Shown: positions 17,779-25,769 of the stretch, piece after piece | Position numbering within the stretch: position 1 is the stretch's first letter | Layout: each line of letters opens with the position of its first letter | Source: an uncultured Eubacteriales bacterium | GTDB lineage: Bacteria > Bacillota > Clostridia > Oscillospirales > Acutalibacteraceae | Length of the DNA stretch: 52,903 bases | Assembly: GCA_900322145.1 (NCBI GenBank) | Contig: ONYQ01000001.1 | Span: 1-52,903 of the forward strand | Direction of reading: 5' to 3' | Notes under the pieces: generated by a model | The model's database searches: none | What the model was told of the DNA's origin: nothing | Seen by the model: only the letters and a program-made list of their open reading frames with translations | Position numbers and translations under genes: made by a program

Positions 17779-18732
17779 TTATCTGTTCACACGGCTGTTG
17801 TCGGGAACAGTGACATTTTCCAGCAGAACGCCGGGACCGATTTCGCAGAAAGCACCGATAGATGTTTTACCACGCAGAACGGTAGCGGGCAATAAAACAG
17901 TGCCACGCCCTACGGTAACCTCCGTACCGACAATAATACCATCGGGACACGGGATAATTACTCCTTCCTGCATGAGCTGATGCAGGACTTTTTTGCGGGC
18001 GATTTCATTGAGTTCCTGAAGCTGAACGCAGTCATTCGCTCCCAGAACGGAGTCGGCATTGTCAGAACGGCAAACAGTCACCGTTTGTCCGTTTTCCTTG
18101 AAAATGCCGATGGTATCGGTCAGGTAATACTCACCTGTTCTGGGGCTTTTGGTCAGCTTGCCGAGGGCATCTATCAGGGCATTGACCGTAAAGCAATAGA
18201 CACCGGAATTGATTTCATGTATCTGACGGATGGCATCGGTGGCTTCCTTTTCTTCGACAATGGCGCAAAGGGCATCGCCGTTTTTCTCCCGTACAATACG
18301 GCCATAGCCGAAGGGATTGCCGACAACTGCCGAAACAACCGTACAGACAATATCCTGTGAGGATTGCAGTACGCTTTTGATGGTGTCAGCATCCATAAAA
18401 GGGGCATCGCCATTGAGGACAATCACCTGTTCATGGCGGTGCTTTTCCAGAAAAGGCAGAGCGGTCATGACGGCATGACCGGTGCCGAGCCGTTCAGACT
18501 GATAGACGGTTTCCACGGTAAAGGGTAATGTGGATAAGTAATCCTCTACATATTCCCGCTTGTGTCCCGTTACCACGCAGATATCCGTGATATGGGCTTC
18601 TCTGACCGCTTCGATGACCCAGCGGAGCATCGGACGGAACAATACTTCCGAAAGCACCTTAGGCTTATCGGATTTCATTCGTTTACCTTCGCCGCCTGCT
18701 AAAATGACGGCACACGCTTTTGTTGACATCAT
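17779..18732 (-). CDS. GlmU-like sugar-1-phosphate nucleotidyltransferase lacking most of the acetyltransferase (left-handed beta-helix) domain
   Basis: 317 aa. N-terminus AVILAGGEGKRMKSDKPKVL matches the GlmU uridyltransferase domain. Only about 60 aa of hexapeptide-repeat region is present before the stop. Confidence 0.7.
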   Translation of the reverse strand: MMSTKACAVILAGGEGKRMKSDKPKVLSEVLFRPMLRWVIEAVREAHITDICVVTGHKREYVEDYLSTLPFTVETVYQSERLGTGHAVMTALPFLEKHRHEQVIVLNGDAPFMDADTIKSVLQSSQDIVCTVVSAVVGNPFGYGRIVREKNGDALCAIVEEKEATDAIRQIHEINSGVYCFTVNALIDALGKLTKSPRTGEYYLTDTIGIFKENGQTVTVCRSDNADSVLGANDCVQLQELNEIARKKVLHQLMQEGVIIPCPDGIIVGTEVTVGRGTVLLPATVLRGKTSIGAFCEIGPGVLLENVTVPDNSRVNR

Positions 18733-18751
18733 GAAAAACCTCCTTTTGAGA

Positions 18752-18779
18752 AGTGTGGAATTTGGAGTGTGGAGTTATG
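18752..18779 (+). repeat. Tandem heptamer array, family 2 (AGTGTGG AATTTGG AGTGTGG AGTTATG)
   Basis: Read directly. On the minus strand it ends immediately 5' of the SD (AAAGGAGG) of the glmU-like gene. Confidence 0.8.
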
Positions 18780-18839
18780 CCCTGTACCACGCATTTCAGG
18801 TATTTTTTTCTTTACGTAGCGCAAGAGTTTGCTTTGCCG

Positions 18840-19343
18840 TTACAGGGAGGAAATAATGTCAAGACAGACCTGCATGGGAGATTGCGAAGCATCTACTGTG
18901 ATATCAGCAGCGGACTGATACAGCGGAAGACGCTGGTTGTACAGGTCACGCATGACTTCTTCCTTATCAGGACGGTTCAGCAGAGGACGGGTTGTATCAT
19001 ATTGCAGACGCTGCGCCGCTATTTCTACCGGTATATTAAGCAGCACAATGCAGCCGTTATGCCGGAAAGCATCCACGTTTTCCGGAAAGGTCAGCGTACC
19101 GCCGCCGGCGGCAATAACCAAGCCGTTTTTATGGGAAAGTGTCTGAGCGGCCTTGCGTTCAAGGTCACGAAAATACGGTTCGCCGTTATCGGCAAAAATC
19201 TGCGAAACCGATTTCTTTTCCTGCTTTTCGATATAGCGGTCAAGGTCGATGAAGGCGCTGCCGATTTTTTTGGCCAGCAGACTGCCGATCGTGCTTTTGC
19301 CGCAGCCCATGAAGCCGCAGAGAATAATATTCTTTTTTGCCAT
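18840..19343 (-). CDS. aroK: Shikimate kinase
   Basis: 167 aa with Walker A GFMGCGKST. Located 16 nt downstream of aroE. Confidence 0.9.
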   Translation of the reverse strand: MAKKNIILCGFMGCGKSTIGSLLAKKIGSAFIDLDRYIEKQEKKSVSQIFADNGEPYFRDLERKAAQTLSHKNGLVIAAGGGTLTFPENVDAFRHNGCIVLLNIPVEIAAQRLQYDTTRPLLNRPDKEEVMRDLYNQRLPLYQSAADITVDASQSPMQVCLDIISSL

Positions 19344-19358
19344 AAAACATACCTCCTT

Positions 19359-20195
19359 TTACGGGAAACAGCGCTGCAGCTCTTTGGCGCTGTCCTCGAT
19401 TAACTGGTTGATATCCTCGCTGCTGTATTGGCTGCCGTCCCAGATATCATGTGCTACGGCGGCCTGCCAGACGAGCATCGCCATACCGTCACCGGTTGTT
19501 GAACCGTTCGCACGAGCCGCTTGTAAAAGGGCGGTATCCAACGGATTATACACCGCATCAAAGACATTGGCACAATGCGACAGTACACGGTCACTCACCG
19601 GCAGATCGGCTGTGTGGGGATACATTCCTACAGGGGTAGCGTTTACTAACAGGTCGATATCACCGGTCAGCGCATCAATAGCAGTGGTTTGTACGTTAGC
19701 GCCGCTGAGCTTATCGGCGATTTCTGCCGCCAATGTCTGACGTGCCTGTGCAGAACGGGCGGCAATCGTTACACGGCATCCGGCCAGTACGGCTTCATAG
19801 GCAAAGGTTCTTGCCACACCGCCGCAGCCGATGATGACAATATGGCCGGACAGGGGAATATGACTATGCGCCAGTGCTTTAAGAAAGCCGTCAGGGTCGG
19901 TAGTGAATCCTTTGCGGATCGTACCGTTGCGAACCGTATTGACCGAACCGTAAAGGGCAGCTTTTTGATCTAATTCATCCAGAAAAGGTATGATACGCTG
20001 TTTATGGGGAATGGTAATGTTATAGCCGGCCAACTGATTCAGTTCTGTGATGCGTGACGGCAGTTCTTCAGGCGCTACATCCAGTACCGTATAAGTACCT
20101 TCGGTATGTGCCAGCGTAAAAAGACGCTTGTGAATAAACGGAGACATTGTGTGGCCGATCGGATGACCAATGACGGCAAAAATTTTTTCTGACAT
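19359..20195 (-). CDS. aroE: Shikimate dehydrogenase
   Basis: 278 aa with motifs IGHPIGHTMSP and NITIPHK and the Rossmann motif GCGGVARTF. Confidence 0.9.
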   Translation of the reverse strand: MSEKIFAVIGHPIGHTMSPFIHKRLFTLAHTEGTYTVLDVAPEELPSRITELNQLAGYNITIPHKQRIIPFLDELDQKAALYGSVNTVRNGTIRKGFTTDPDGFLKALAHSHIPLSGHIVIIGCGGVARTFAYEAVLAGCRVTIAARSAQARQTLAAEIADKLSGANVQTTAIDALTGDIDLLVNATPVGMYPHTADLPVSDRVLSHCANVFDAVYNPLDTALLQAARANGSTTGDGMAMLVWQAAVAHDIWDGSQYSSEDINQLIEDSAKELQRCFP

Positions 20196-20286
20196 GATTT
20201 TCGTTCCTTTCCTTTATGCAAATATCACAAAAACAAGGTGATATAAAAATAAATTAGAAATTCTTAGAGAAAATTGCAAATTGTTC

Positions 20287-20315
20287 TTGACAAAAGCACG
20301 AATACCCTATAAGAT
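20287..20315 (+). promoter_or_regulatory. Sigma-A type promoter for acpP
   Basis: TTGACA (20287-20292), 17 nt, TAAGAT (20310-20315). Confidence 0.5.
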
Positions 20316-20457
20316 TTGAGTATAGAAAATTGTGCGGGAGTAAACGTTCTGCGGATTGCTTTTTCATTGTAGCACAAACGCAAACCGTTGTCTATAAAAA
20401 TCCGCATGGACAACAGCACGATTTTTTCTCATTAAAATTTTTTAGGAGGAATTTCCC

Positions 20458-20688
20458 ATGGTATTTGAAAAGGTGAAGAAGATTCTGAGTGAGCAGTTCG
20501 GTGTGGAGGAAGATACCATCACCCTCGAAACTTCTCTGATTGACGATCTGGATGCCGATTCTCTGGATGTTGTTGACCTGCTGATGTCTATCGATGACGA
20601 GTTCGAGGTTGAGGTTCCCGATGAGGAAGTAGAGAACATTAAGACAGTCGACGATCTGGTTAAGTATATCGAGAATCACAAATCTTAA
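20458..20688 (+). CDS. acpP: Acyl carrier protein
   Basis: 76 aa with the phosphopantetheine attachment motif [20 protein letters not shown]. Confidence 0.9.
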   Translation: MVFEKVKKILSEQFGVEEDTITLETSLIDDLDADSLDVVDLLMSIDDEFEVEVPDEEVENIKTVDDLVKYIENHKS

Positions 20689-20700
20689 AGTACACAGGCT

Positions 20701-20740
20701 ACGGCTGCTGTCACAGGCAGCCGTATTTTTTTGTTTTTTG
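20701..20740 (+). terminator. Rho-independent terminator of acpP
   Basis: ACGGCTGC / GCAGCCGT stem followed by ATTTTTTTGTTTTTT. Confidence 0.75.
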
Positions 20741-20742
20741 TC

Positions 20743-20771
20743 TTGCAAAAAAGGACGGCGGATACTATAAT
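20743..20771 (+). promoter_or_regulatory. Sigma-A type promoter for proS
   Basis: TTGCAA (20743-20748), 17 nt, TATAAT (20766-20771). Confidence 0.6.
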
Positions 20772-20815
20772 AGATACCGTATGAAGTATCTTGTCAAAGG
20801 AAAGGATTGTCAGCT

Positions 20816-22258
20816 ATGGCACAACAGAAAAAAATGGTGGAAGCCATTACTTCCAGAGATGTCGATTTTGCCAAATGGTACACCGATATCGTCAAGAAAG
20901 CAGAATTGGTGGATTATTCCGGCGTGAAGGGCTGTATGGTCATTCGTCCCTACGGCTATGCTATCTGGGAAAATATCCAGAAGGATATGGACAGACGTTT
21001 TAAGCGTACCGGCCATGAAAACGTCTATATGCCGATGTTTATTCCCGAAAGTCTGCTCCAGAAGGAAAAGGATCATGTAGAAGGTTTTGCCCCTGAATGT
21101 GCATGGGTTACGATGGGCGGCAGTGAAAAGCTTGCCGAGCGTCTGTGTGTGCGTCCTACCTCCGAAACCCTGTTCTGTGAGCATTACGCCAAAGTCGTGA
21201 ATTCCTATCGTGACCTGCCGAAGCTCTATAATCAGTGGTGTTCGGTGGTGCGCTGGGAGAAAACGACCCGTCCCTTCCTGAGAACCTCGGAATTTCTCTG
21301 GCAGGAAGGCCACACCATCCATGAAACAGAAGAAGAAGCGCAGGAGGAAACCCTCCGTATGCTGCAGGTTTATACCGATTTCTATAAAGAAACACTGGCT
21401 ATTCCCGTTGTAAGAGGCCGCAAGACCGAAAAGGAACGCTTTGCCGGTGCTGTAGAGACCTATACCATTGAGCCGATGATGCATAACGGCGTGGCTTTGC
21501 AGGGCGGTACTTCGCATTACTTCGGTGACGGTTTTGCCCGCAGCTTTAATATTACCTTTACCGGTCGTGACAATACCCTGCAATATCCCTTCCAGACCTC
21601 ATGGGGCGTATCGACCCGTATGATCGGCGCTATCATCATGGTACATGGTGACGATGACGGCTTAGTATTGCCGCCCCGTGTAGCGCCTATTCAGGTAGCC
21701 GTTATTCCTGTTGCCCAGAAAAAGGAAGGCGTACTCGAAAAGGCTGCCGAACTGAGAGATCGTCTGCTGGCAAAGGATTACCGTGTCAAGATGGATGACA
21801 GCGATAAAGCACCCGGCTGGAAATTCAGTCAGTACGAGATGTTAGGTGTACCGATTCGTGTAGAGATCGGCCCCAAGGATATCGAAAACAATCAGTGTGT
21901 CATGGTGCGCCGTGATACCCGTGAAAAGACCATTGTTTCTCTGGATGAGCTCGAGACAGCGGTGGCTAAAATGCTTGATGACATTCACGACAGTATGTAT
22001 CAGGCAGCGCTGGATAATCTGCAGCAAAAGACCTACACCGCCACGACACATGAAGAATTTCTGGATATTGCGGCCACCCGTCCGGGCTTTATCAAAGCTA
22101 TGTGGTGCGGTGATACGGCCTGTGAGGAAAAACTCAAGGAAGAAACCGGCGGCGTGAAGTCCCGCTGCATTCCCTTCCAGGAGGAACATTTGGCCGATAC
22201 CTGTGTGTGCTGCGGCCGTCCTGCCAAGCACATGGTTTACTGGGGCAAACAATATTGA
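20816..22258 (+). CDS. proS: Proline--tRNA ligase (archaeal/eukaryote-like type without the INS editing domain)
   Basis: About 480 aa. N-terminus [35 protein letters not shown] and a C-terminal Zn-binding-type domain ending in YWGKQY. Confidence 0.9.
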   Translation: MAQQKKMVEAITSRDVDFAKWYTDIVKKAELVDYSGVKGCMVIRPYGYAIWENIQKDMDRRFKRTGHENVYMPMFIPESLLQKEKDHVEGFAPECAWVTMGGSEKLAERLCVRPTSETLFCEHYAKVVNSYRDLPKLYNQWCSVVRWEKTTRPFLRTSEFLWQEGHTIHETEEEAQEETLRMLQVYTDFYKETLAIPVVRGRKTEKERFAGAVETYTIEPMMHNGVALQGGTSHYFGDGFARSFNITFTGRDNTLQYPFQTSWGVSTRMIGAIIMVHGDDDGLVLPPRVAPIQVAVIPVAQKKEGVLEKAAELRDRLLAKDYRVKMDDSDKAPGWKFSQYEMLGVPIRVEIGPKDIENNQCVMVRRDTREKTIVSLDELETAVAKMLDDIHDSMYQAALDNLQQKTYTATTHEEFLDIAATRPGFIKAMWCGDTACEEKLKEETGGVKSRCIPFQEEHLADTCVCCGRPAKHMVYWGKQY

Positions 22259-22371
22259 TAGTGCGGTATTTGTCGCTGTCTGTTGGTGACGTTTCAGACA
22301 ATGACAGGTGCCTACAGAAAGCAAGCGGCTCTGCCGTTCTCCTTTGCAACGGCAGAGTCAGTGGGATTTAG

Positions 22372-22401
22372 TTGACAACCGCAACGAAAACGGAGTATAA
22401 T
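22372..22401 (+). promoter_or_regulatory. Sigma-A type promoter for galE
   Basis: TTGACA (22372-22377), 18 nt, TATAAT (22396-22401). Confidence 0.55.
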
Positions 22402-22436
22402 AAAGCTACCAGAATTTCATCCAAAGGAGAATGAAC

Positions 22437-23447
22437 ATGACAATATTAGTAACAGGCGGTGCCGGCTATATCGGCAGCCATACTTGCGTGGAACTGCTGA
22501 ATGCCGGTTATGATGTCGTTTGCGTGGACAACTACTATAACAGTGTTCCTGAGGTACTTAACCGTGTGGAAAAGATTACCGGCAAGACTATTCAAAAATA
22601 CGAGTGCGATATCCGCAACAGAGAGGGCATGGAAAAGATCTTTGCCGAAAACAAGATTGATGCGGTCATTCATTTTGCCGGATTGAAAGCTGTCGGTGAA
22701 TCATCCCGTCTGCCGTTGCTTTACTATGAAAATAACATTGCCGGCAGTGTCATCCTCTTTGAGGTGATGGAAAAGTTTAACTGCAAGAAGATCGTTTTCA
22801 GTTCCTCGGCTACGGTTTACGGCAATAATCCGATTCCCTACAAAGAGGATATGGTGACGGGCGATGTCAGCAATCCCTATGGCCGTACCAAGCATTTCAT
22901 TGAACAGATTCTGGGTGATGTCTATAAAGCCGACAATACATGGAGTATTTCTCTCCTACGTTATTTCAATCCCATTGGGGCACATGAAAGCGGTCTGATC
23001 GGCGAGGATCCCAATGGTATTCCGAATAATCTCATGCCCTATATTGCCCGTGTAGCGATCGGCAGACTGCCGCAGCTTACCGTTTTCGGCGGTGATTACG
23101 ATACCAAAGACGGCACCTGTATCCGTGACTATATCCATGTGGTTGATCTGGCAAAGGCGCATCTGTGTGCTGTAGCGAAAATACTCGATACCACAGGTAT
23201 TGAAGCCTATAATATCGGCAACGGTGTTGGCTATAGTGTACTGGATATTGTCCATGCCTTTGAGAAGGCCAGCGGCAAGCCGTTGAACTATGTTATCGGT
23301 GACAGACGGGAAGGCGATTTGCCCGCCTTCTATGCGGATGCTACAAAAGCCAATACAGAACTTGGCTGGAAAGCGGAATATGACATTGATAAGATGTGTG
23401 CCGACACATGGAACTTCCAGACCAAAAATCCCGAAGGCATCAAATAA
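22437..23447 (+). CDS. galE: UDP-glucose 4-epimerase
   Basis: Rossmann motif GGAGYIGSH and catalytic PYGRTK (YxxxK). ATG at 22437 has better SD spacing than 22431. Confidence 0.9.
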   Translation: MTILVTGGAGYIGSHTCVELLNAGYDVVCVDNYYNSVPEVLNRVEKITGKTIQKYECDIRNREGMEKIFAENKIDAVIHFAGLKAVGESSRLPLLYYENNIAGSVILFEVMEKFNCKKIVFSSSATVYGNNPIPYKEDMVTGDVSNPYGRTKHFIEQILGDVYKADNTWSISLLRYFNPIGAHESGLIGEDPNGIPNNLMPYIARVAIGRLPQLTVFGGDYDTKDGTCIRDYIHVVDLAKAHLCAVAKILDTTGIEAYNIGNGVGYSVLDIVHAFEKASGKPLNYVIGDRREGDLPAFYADATKANTELGWKAEYDIDKMCADTWNFQTKNPEGIK

Positions 23448-23485
23448 TGATGCAGCAGCTCTTTTGATACTGACGCATACCATAA

Positions 23486-23526
23486 AAACCCGCCGGTTCT
23501 TAATGAATCGGCGGGTGCTTTTTTGA
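23486..23526. terminator. Bidirectional terminator between galE (+) and tsaD (-)
   Basis: ACCCGCCGGTTC / GAATCGGCGGGT stem with flanking A-run and T-run. Confidence 0.8.
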
Positions 23527-24543
23527 TTATGCGTGATTTTTGGCAATATCCATCGTAGGATAAGCATTAAGAGAGGTATCCGCTATATGACCGGCAAGAT
23601 ATTCGTAATAAGCCTGTGCGCCGACCATAGCGCCGTTGTCACCGCAGAGGGATAACGGCGGATAATAGCACGACCAGCCACGCTGCTGACATTCCTCTGT
23701 CATGCGGCGGCGCAATAGGGAATTGGCCGAAACACCGCCTGCCAGAACTAATTTGGTATAACCTGAATCTTGTGCCGCACGCAGAAAATTGCCGCTCAGA
23801 CTGTTCACAACGGTCTGACGGAACGCCGCCGACAGATCGGCCACCGGCAGAGTTTCCCCTTTCTGAGAAGCATTATGTATCAGGTTAATAACGGCTGTTT
23901 TCAAACCGGAAAAGCTGAAATCATAGGGCGCACCCTCCACTTTAGGCCGTGGCAGCGTAAACAGGGACGGGTCACCCTGTTCGGCGGCCTTGTCAAGATG
24001 AATACCGCCCGGATAAGGCATTCCCATCGTGCGGGCGGCTTTGTCAAAGGCTTCACCGGCGGCATCGTCACGGGTTCTGCCGATGACCTTCATCACGGTA
24101 TAATCCGTGACTTCTACAATGTGGCTGTGTCCGCCGGATACCACTAAACAAAGGAACGGCGGTTCGAGTGCCGGATGTTCAAGGTAATTAGCGGCAATAT
24201 GGGAACGCAGATGATGCACCGGTATCAGCGGCAGTCCTGTTGCCATCGACAAGCCTTTGGCAAAATTCACACCGACTAATAATGCCCCGATCAATCCGGG
24301 CGCATAGGTAACGCCTATGGCATCAATTTGCGAAAGGGTAAGCTGTGCGTCCGTCAGTGCTTTCCGTACAACGGCGTTAATGGCTTCACAATGACGGCGG
24401 GAAGCAATTTCCGGTACTACACCGCCATATAGCTTATGTTCTTCGACCTGTGAAGCCACAACCGAGGATAGAATTTTCCGGCCATTCTCCACGACAGCAG
24501 CGGCTGTCTCATCGCAAGAGCTTTCAATGGATAATATTTTCAT
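23527..24543 (-). CDS. tsaD: tRNA N6-adenosine threonylcarbamoyltransferase
   Basis: 338 aa. MKILSIESSCDETAAAV and the HHLRSH metal-binding motif. Confidence 0.92.
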   Translation of the reverse strand: MKILSIESSCDETAAAVVENGRKILSSVVASQVEEHKLYGGVVPEIASRRHCEAINAVVRKALTDAQLTLSQIDAIGVTYAPGLIGALLVGVNFAKGLSMATGLPLIPVHHLRSHIAANYLEHPALEPPFLCLVVSGGHSHIVEVTDYTVMKVIGRTRDDAAGEAFDKAARTMGMPYPGGIHLDKAAEQGDPSLFTLPRPKVEGAPYDFSFSGLKTAVINLIHNASQKGETLPVADLSAAFRQTVVNSLSGNFLRAAQDSGYTKLVLAGGVSANSLLRRRMTEECQQRGWSCYYPPLSLCGDNGAMVGAQAYYEYLAGHIADTSLNAYPTMDIAKNHA

Positions 24544-24544
24544 G

Positions 24545-25006
24545 TTATTTTTCCTTCTTTGTCAAGAGCTTGGTCATAATCAGCGCATCCTCCTGCGGAC
24601 GGCGATAGAAATTTTTCCGGCGGCCCATTTCTTCAAAGCCGAGCGCTTCATATAAAGCGATAGCCGCCGCATTGGATTCCCGTACCTCTAAAGAGATAAA
24701 TTCTGTGCTGTTGACATCGGCAGTCATGATCGCAATTTTGAGCAGTGCCGTACCGACACCCTGCCGGCGGCAGGCCGGATAGACGGCAATATTATTGATA
24801 AAGCAGCTATCCGCTACGACCGAAACACCGATATAGCCGATAACATCTTCTTCTTCATCGAGCGCTACAAAGAAGTAATCGGTTTTATTCGCCAGAGAGG
24901 AACGCAGATTTTCCTCTGTCCAGGGGGTGGAAAAACACATCGCTTCCAGATCGGCCACCGCTTCAATATGCTGTTCTTCCATGCGGGCAATCGTCATATT
25001 CATCAT
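24545..25006 (-). CDS. rimI: Ribosomal-protein-alanine N-acetyltransferase (GNAT)
   Basis: Starts at MMNMTIARMEEQH. Acetyl-CoA motif RRQGVGTALL. SD AGGAGA lies 9 nt upstream of the ATG at 25006. The stop is adjacent to the tsaD start. Confidence 0.8.
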   Translation of the reverse strand: MMNMTIARMEEQHIEAVADLEAMCFSTPWTEENLRSSLANKTDYFFVALDEEEDVIGYIGVSVVADSCFINNIAVYPACRRQGVGTALLKIAIMTADVNSTEFISLEVRESNAAAIALYEALGFEEMGRRKNFYRRPQEDALIMTKLLTKKEK

Positions 25007-25010
25007 GGGC

Positions 25011-25625
25011 TTATTCTCCTTGTGTATCATCCGGCTTATCAGCAAGGGATTCCTGAGAAACGGCAATCCAGTTTTCCGGTATGTCAGACGGGTCAGCCGA
25101 TACTTTTTCTCTGTCATCTTCTCCGAAAGATTTTTCCTGCATAGCGGGGTCATCCGGTCCGGCGGTAATGCCGGCTGATGTCAGGGAACCATCTGCCAAC
25201 TTTCGTTTGAGCAGACGGCAGAATTCCACGATTGATTGTTCAATATAATTCCGGCATTTACGGTAGGTAGCAATATCCGAACCATAAGGATCCGGCACAC
25301 CGCCGCCGAGAATATATATTCTTCCCTTCGGAATCCCTAAGAAACGCAGGATTTCGGCGTGCTGCAAGGTCATAGCCACGAATATATCGGTGATCTGCAC
25401 ATCCCGTTCACGGATAGGACGTGGTTTGTGATGACTGATGTCCAGTCCGATCTCCCGACAAACCATGGCGGCATTGTCCGAAACCTTATCTTCCGTATAG
25501 AAACCTAAAGCGGCACTGCTGAAACTGCTGCTGATACCCATTTCTCTGGATATTTTCTCATAAATGGCCATCGCCATCGGACTGCGGCAGGTATTGCCCG
25601 AACATACAAATAAAATGCGCAGCAT
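25011..25625 (-). CDS. Low-molecular-weight protein-tyrosine/arginine phosphatase family protein with an acidic C-terminal extension
   Basis: P-loop CSGNTCRSP (CX5R). ATG at 25625 is preceded by GGAGGAG. The last ~65 aa are acidic and low-complexity. Confidence 0.8.
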   Translation of the reverse strand: MLRILFVCSGNTCRSPMAMAIYEKISREMGISSSFSSAALGFYTEDKVSDNAAMVCREIGLDISHHKPRPIRERDVQITDIFVAMTLQHAEILRFLGIPKGRIYILGGGVPDPYGSDIATYRKCRNYIEQSIVEFCRLLKRKLADGSLTSAGITAGPDDPAMQEKSFGEDDREKVSADPSDIPENWIAVSQESLADKPDDTQGE

Positions 25626-25730
25626 GATTTTCTCCTCCTTCTTCAAAACAGTGTGGCGTTCATGCCGGAACTGCCAACACGTCCGGACAGTCCCTTGTAT
25701 GAATCATGCGTAATGGGGCGTGCGGACATA

Positions 25731-25764
25731 ATAACTCCACACTCCACATTCCTCACTCCACACT
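25731..25764 (-). repeat. Tandem heptamer array, family 2, inverted (ATAACT CCACACT CCACATT CCTCACT CCACACT on +)
   Basis: Read directly. On the minus strand it starts 5 nt after the polA TGA stop (25770-25772). Confidence 0.8.
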
Positions 25765-25769
25765 TTTAC

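Noticed and set aside
20810-21583. 257-aa minus-strand ORF
   Set aside because: It is antisense to proS.
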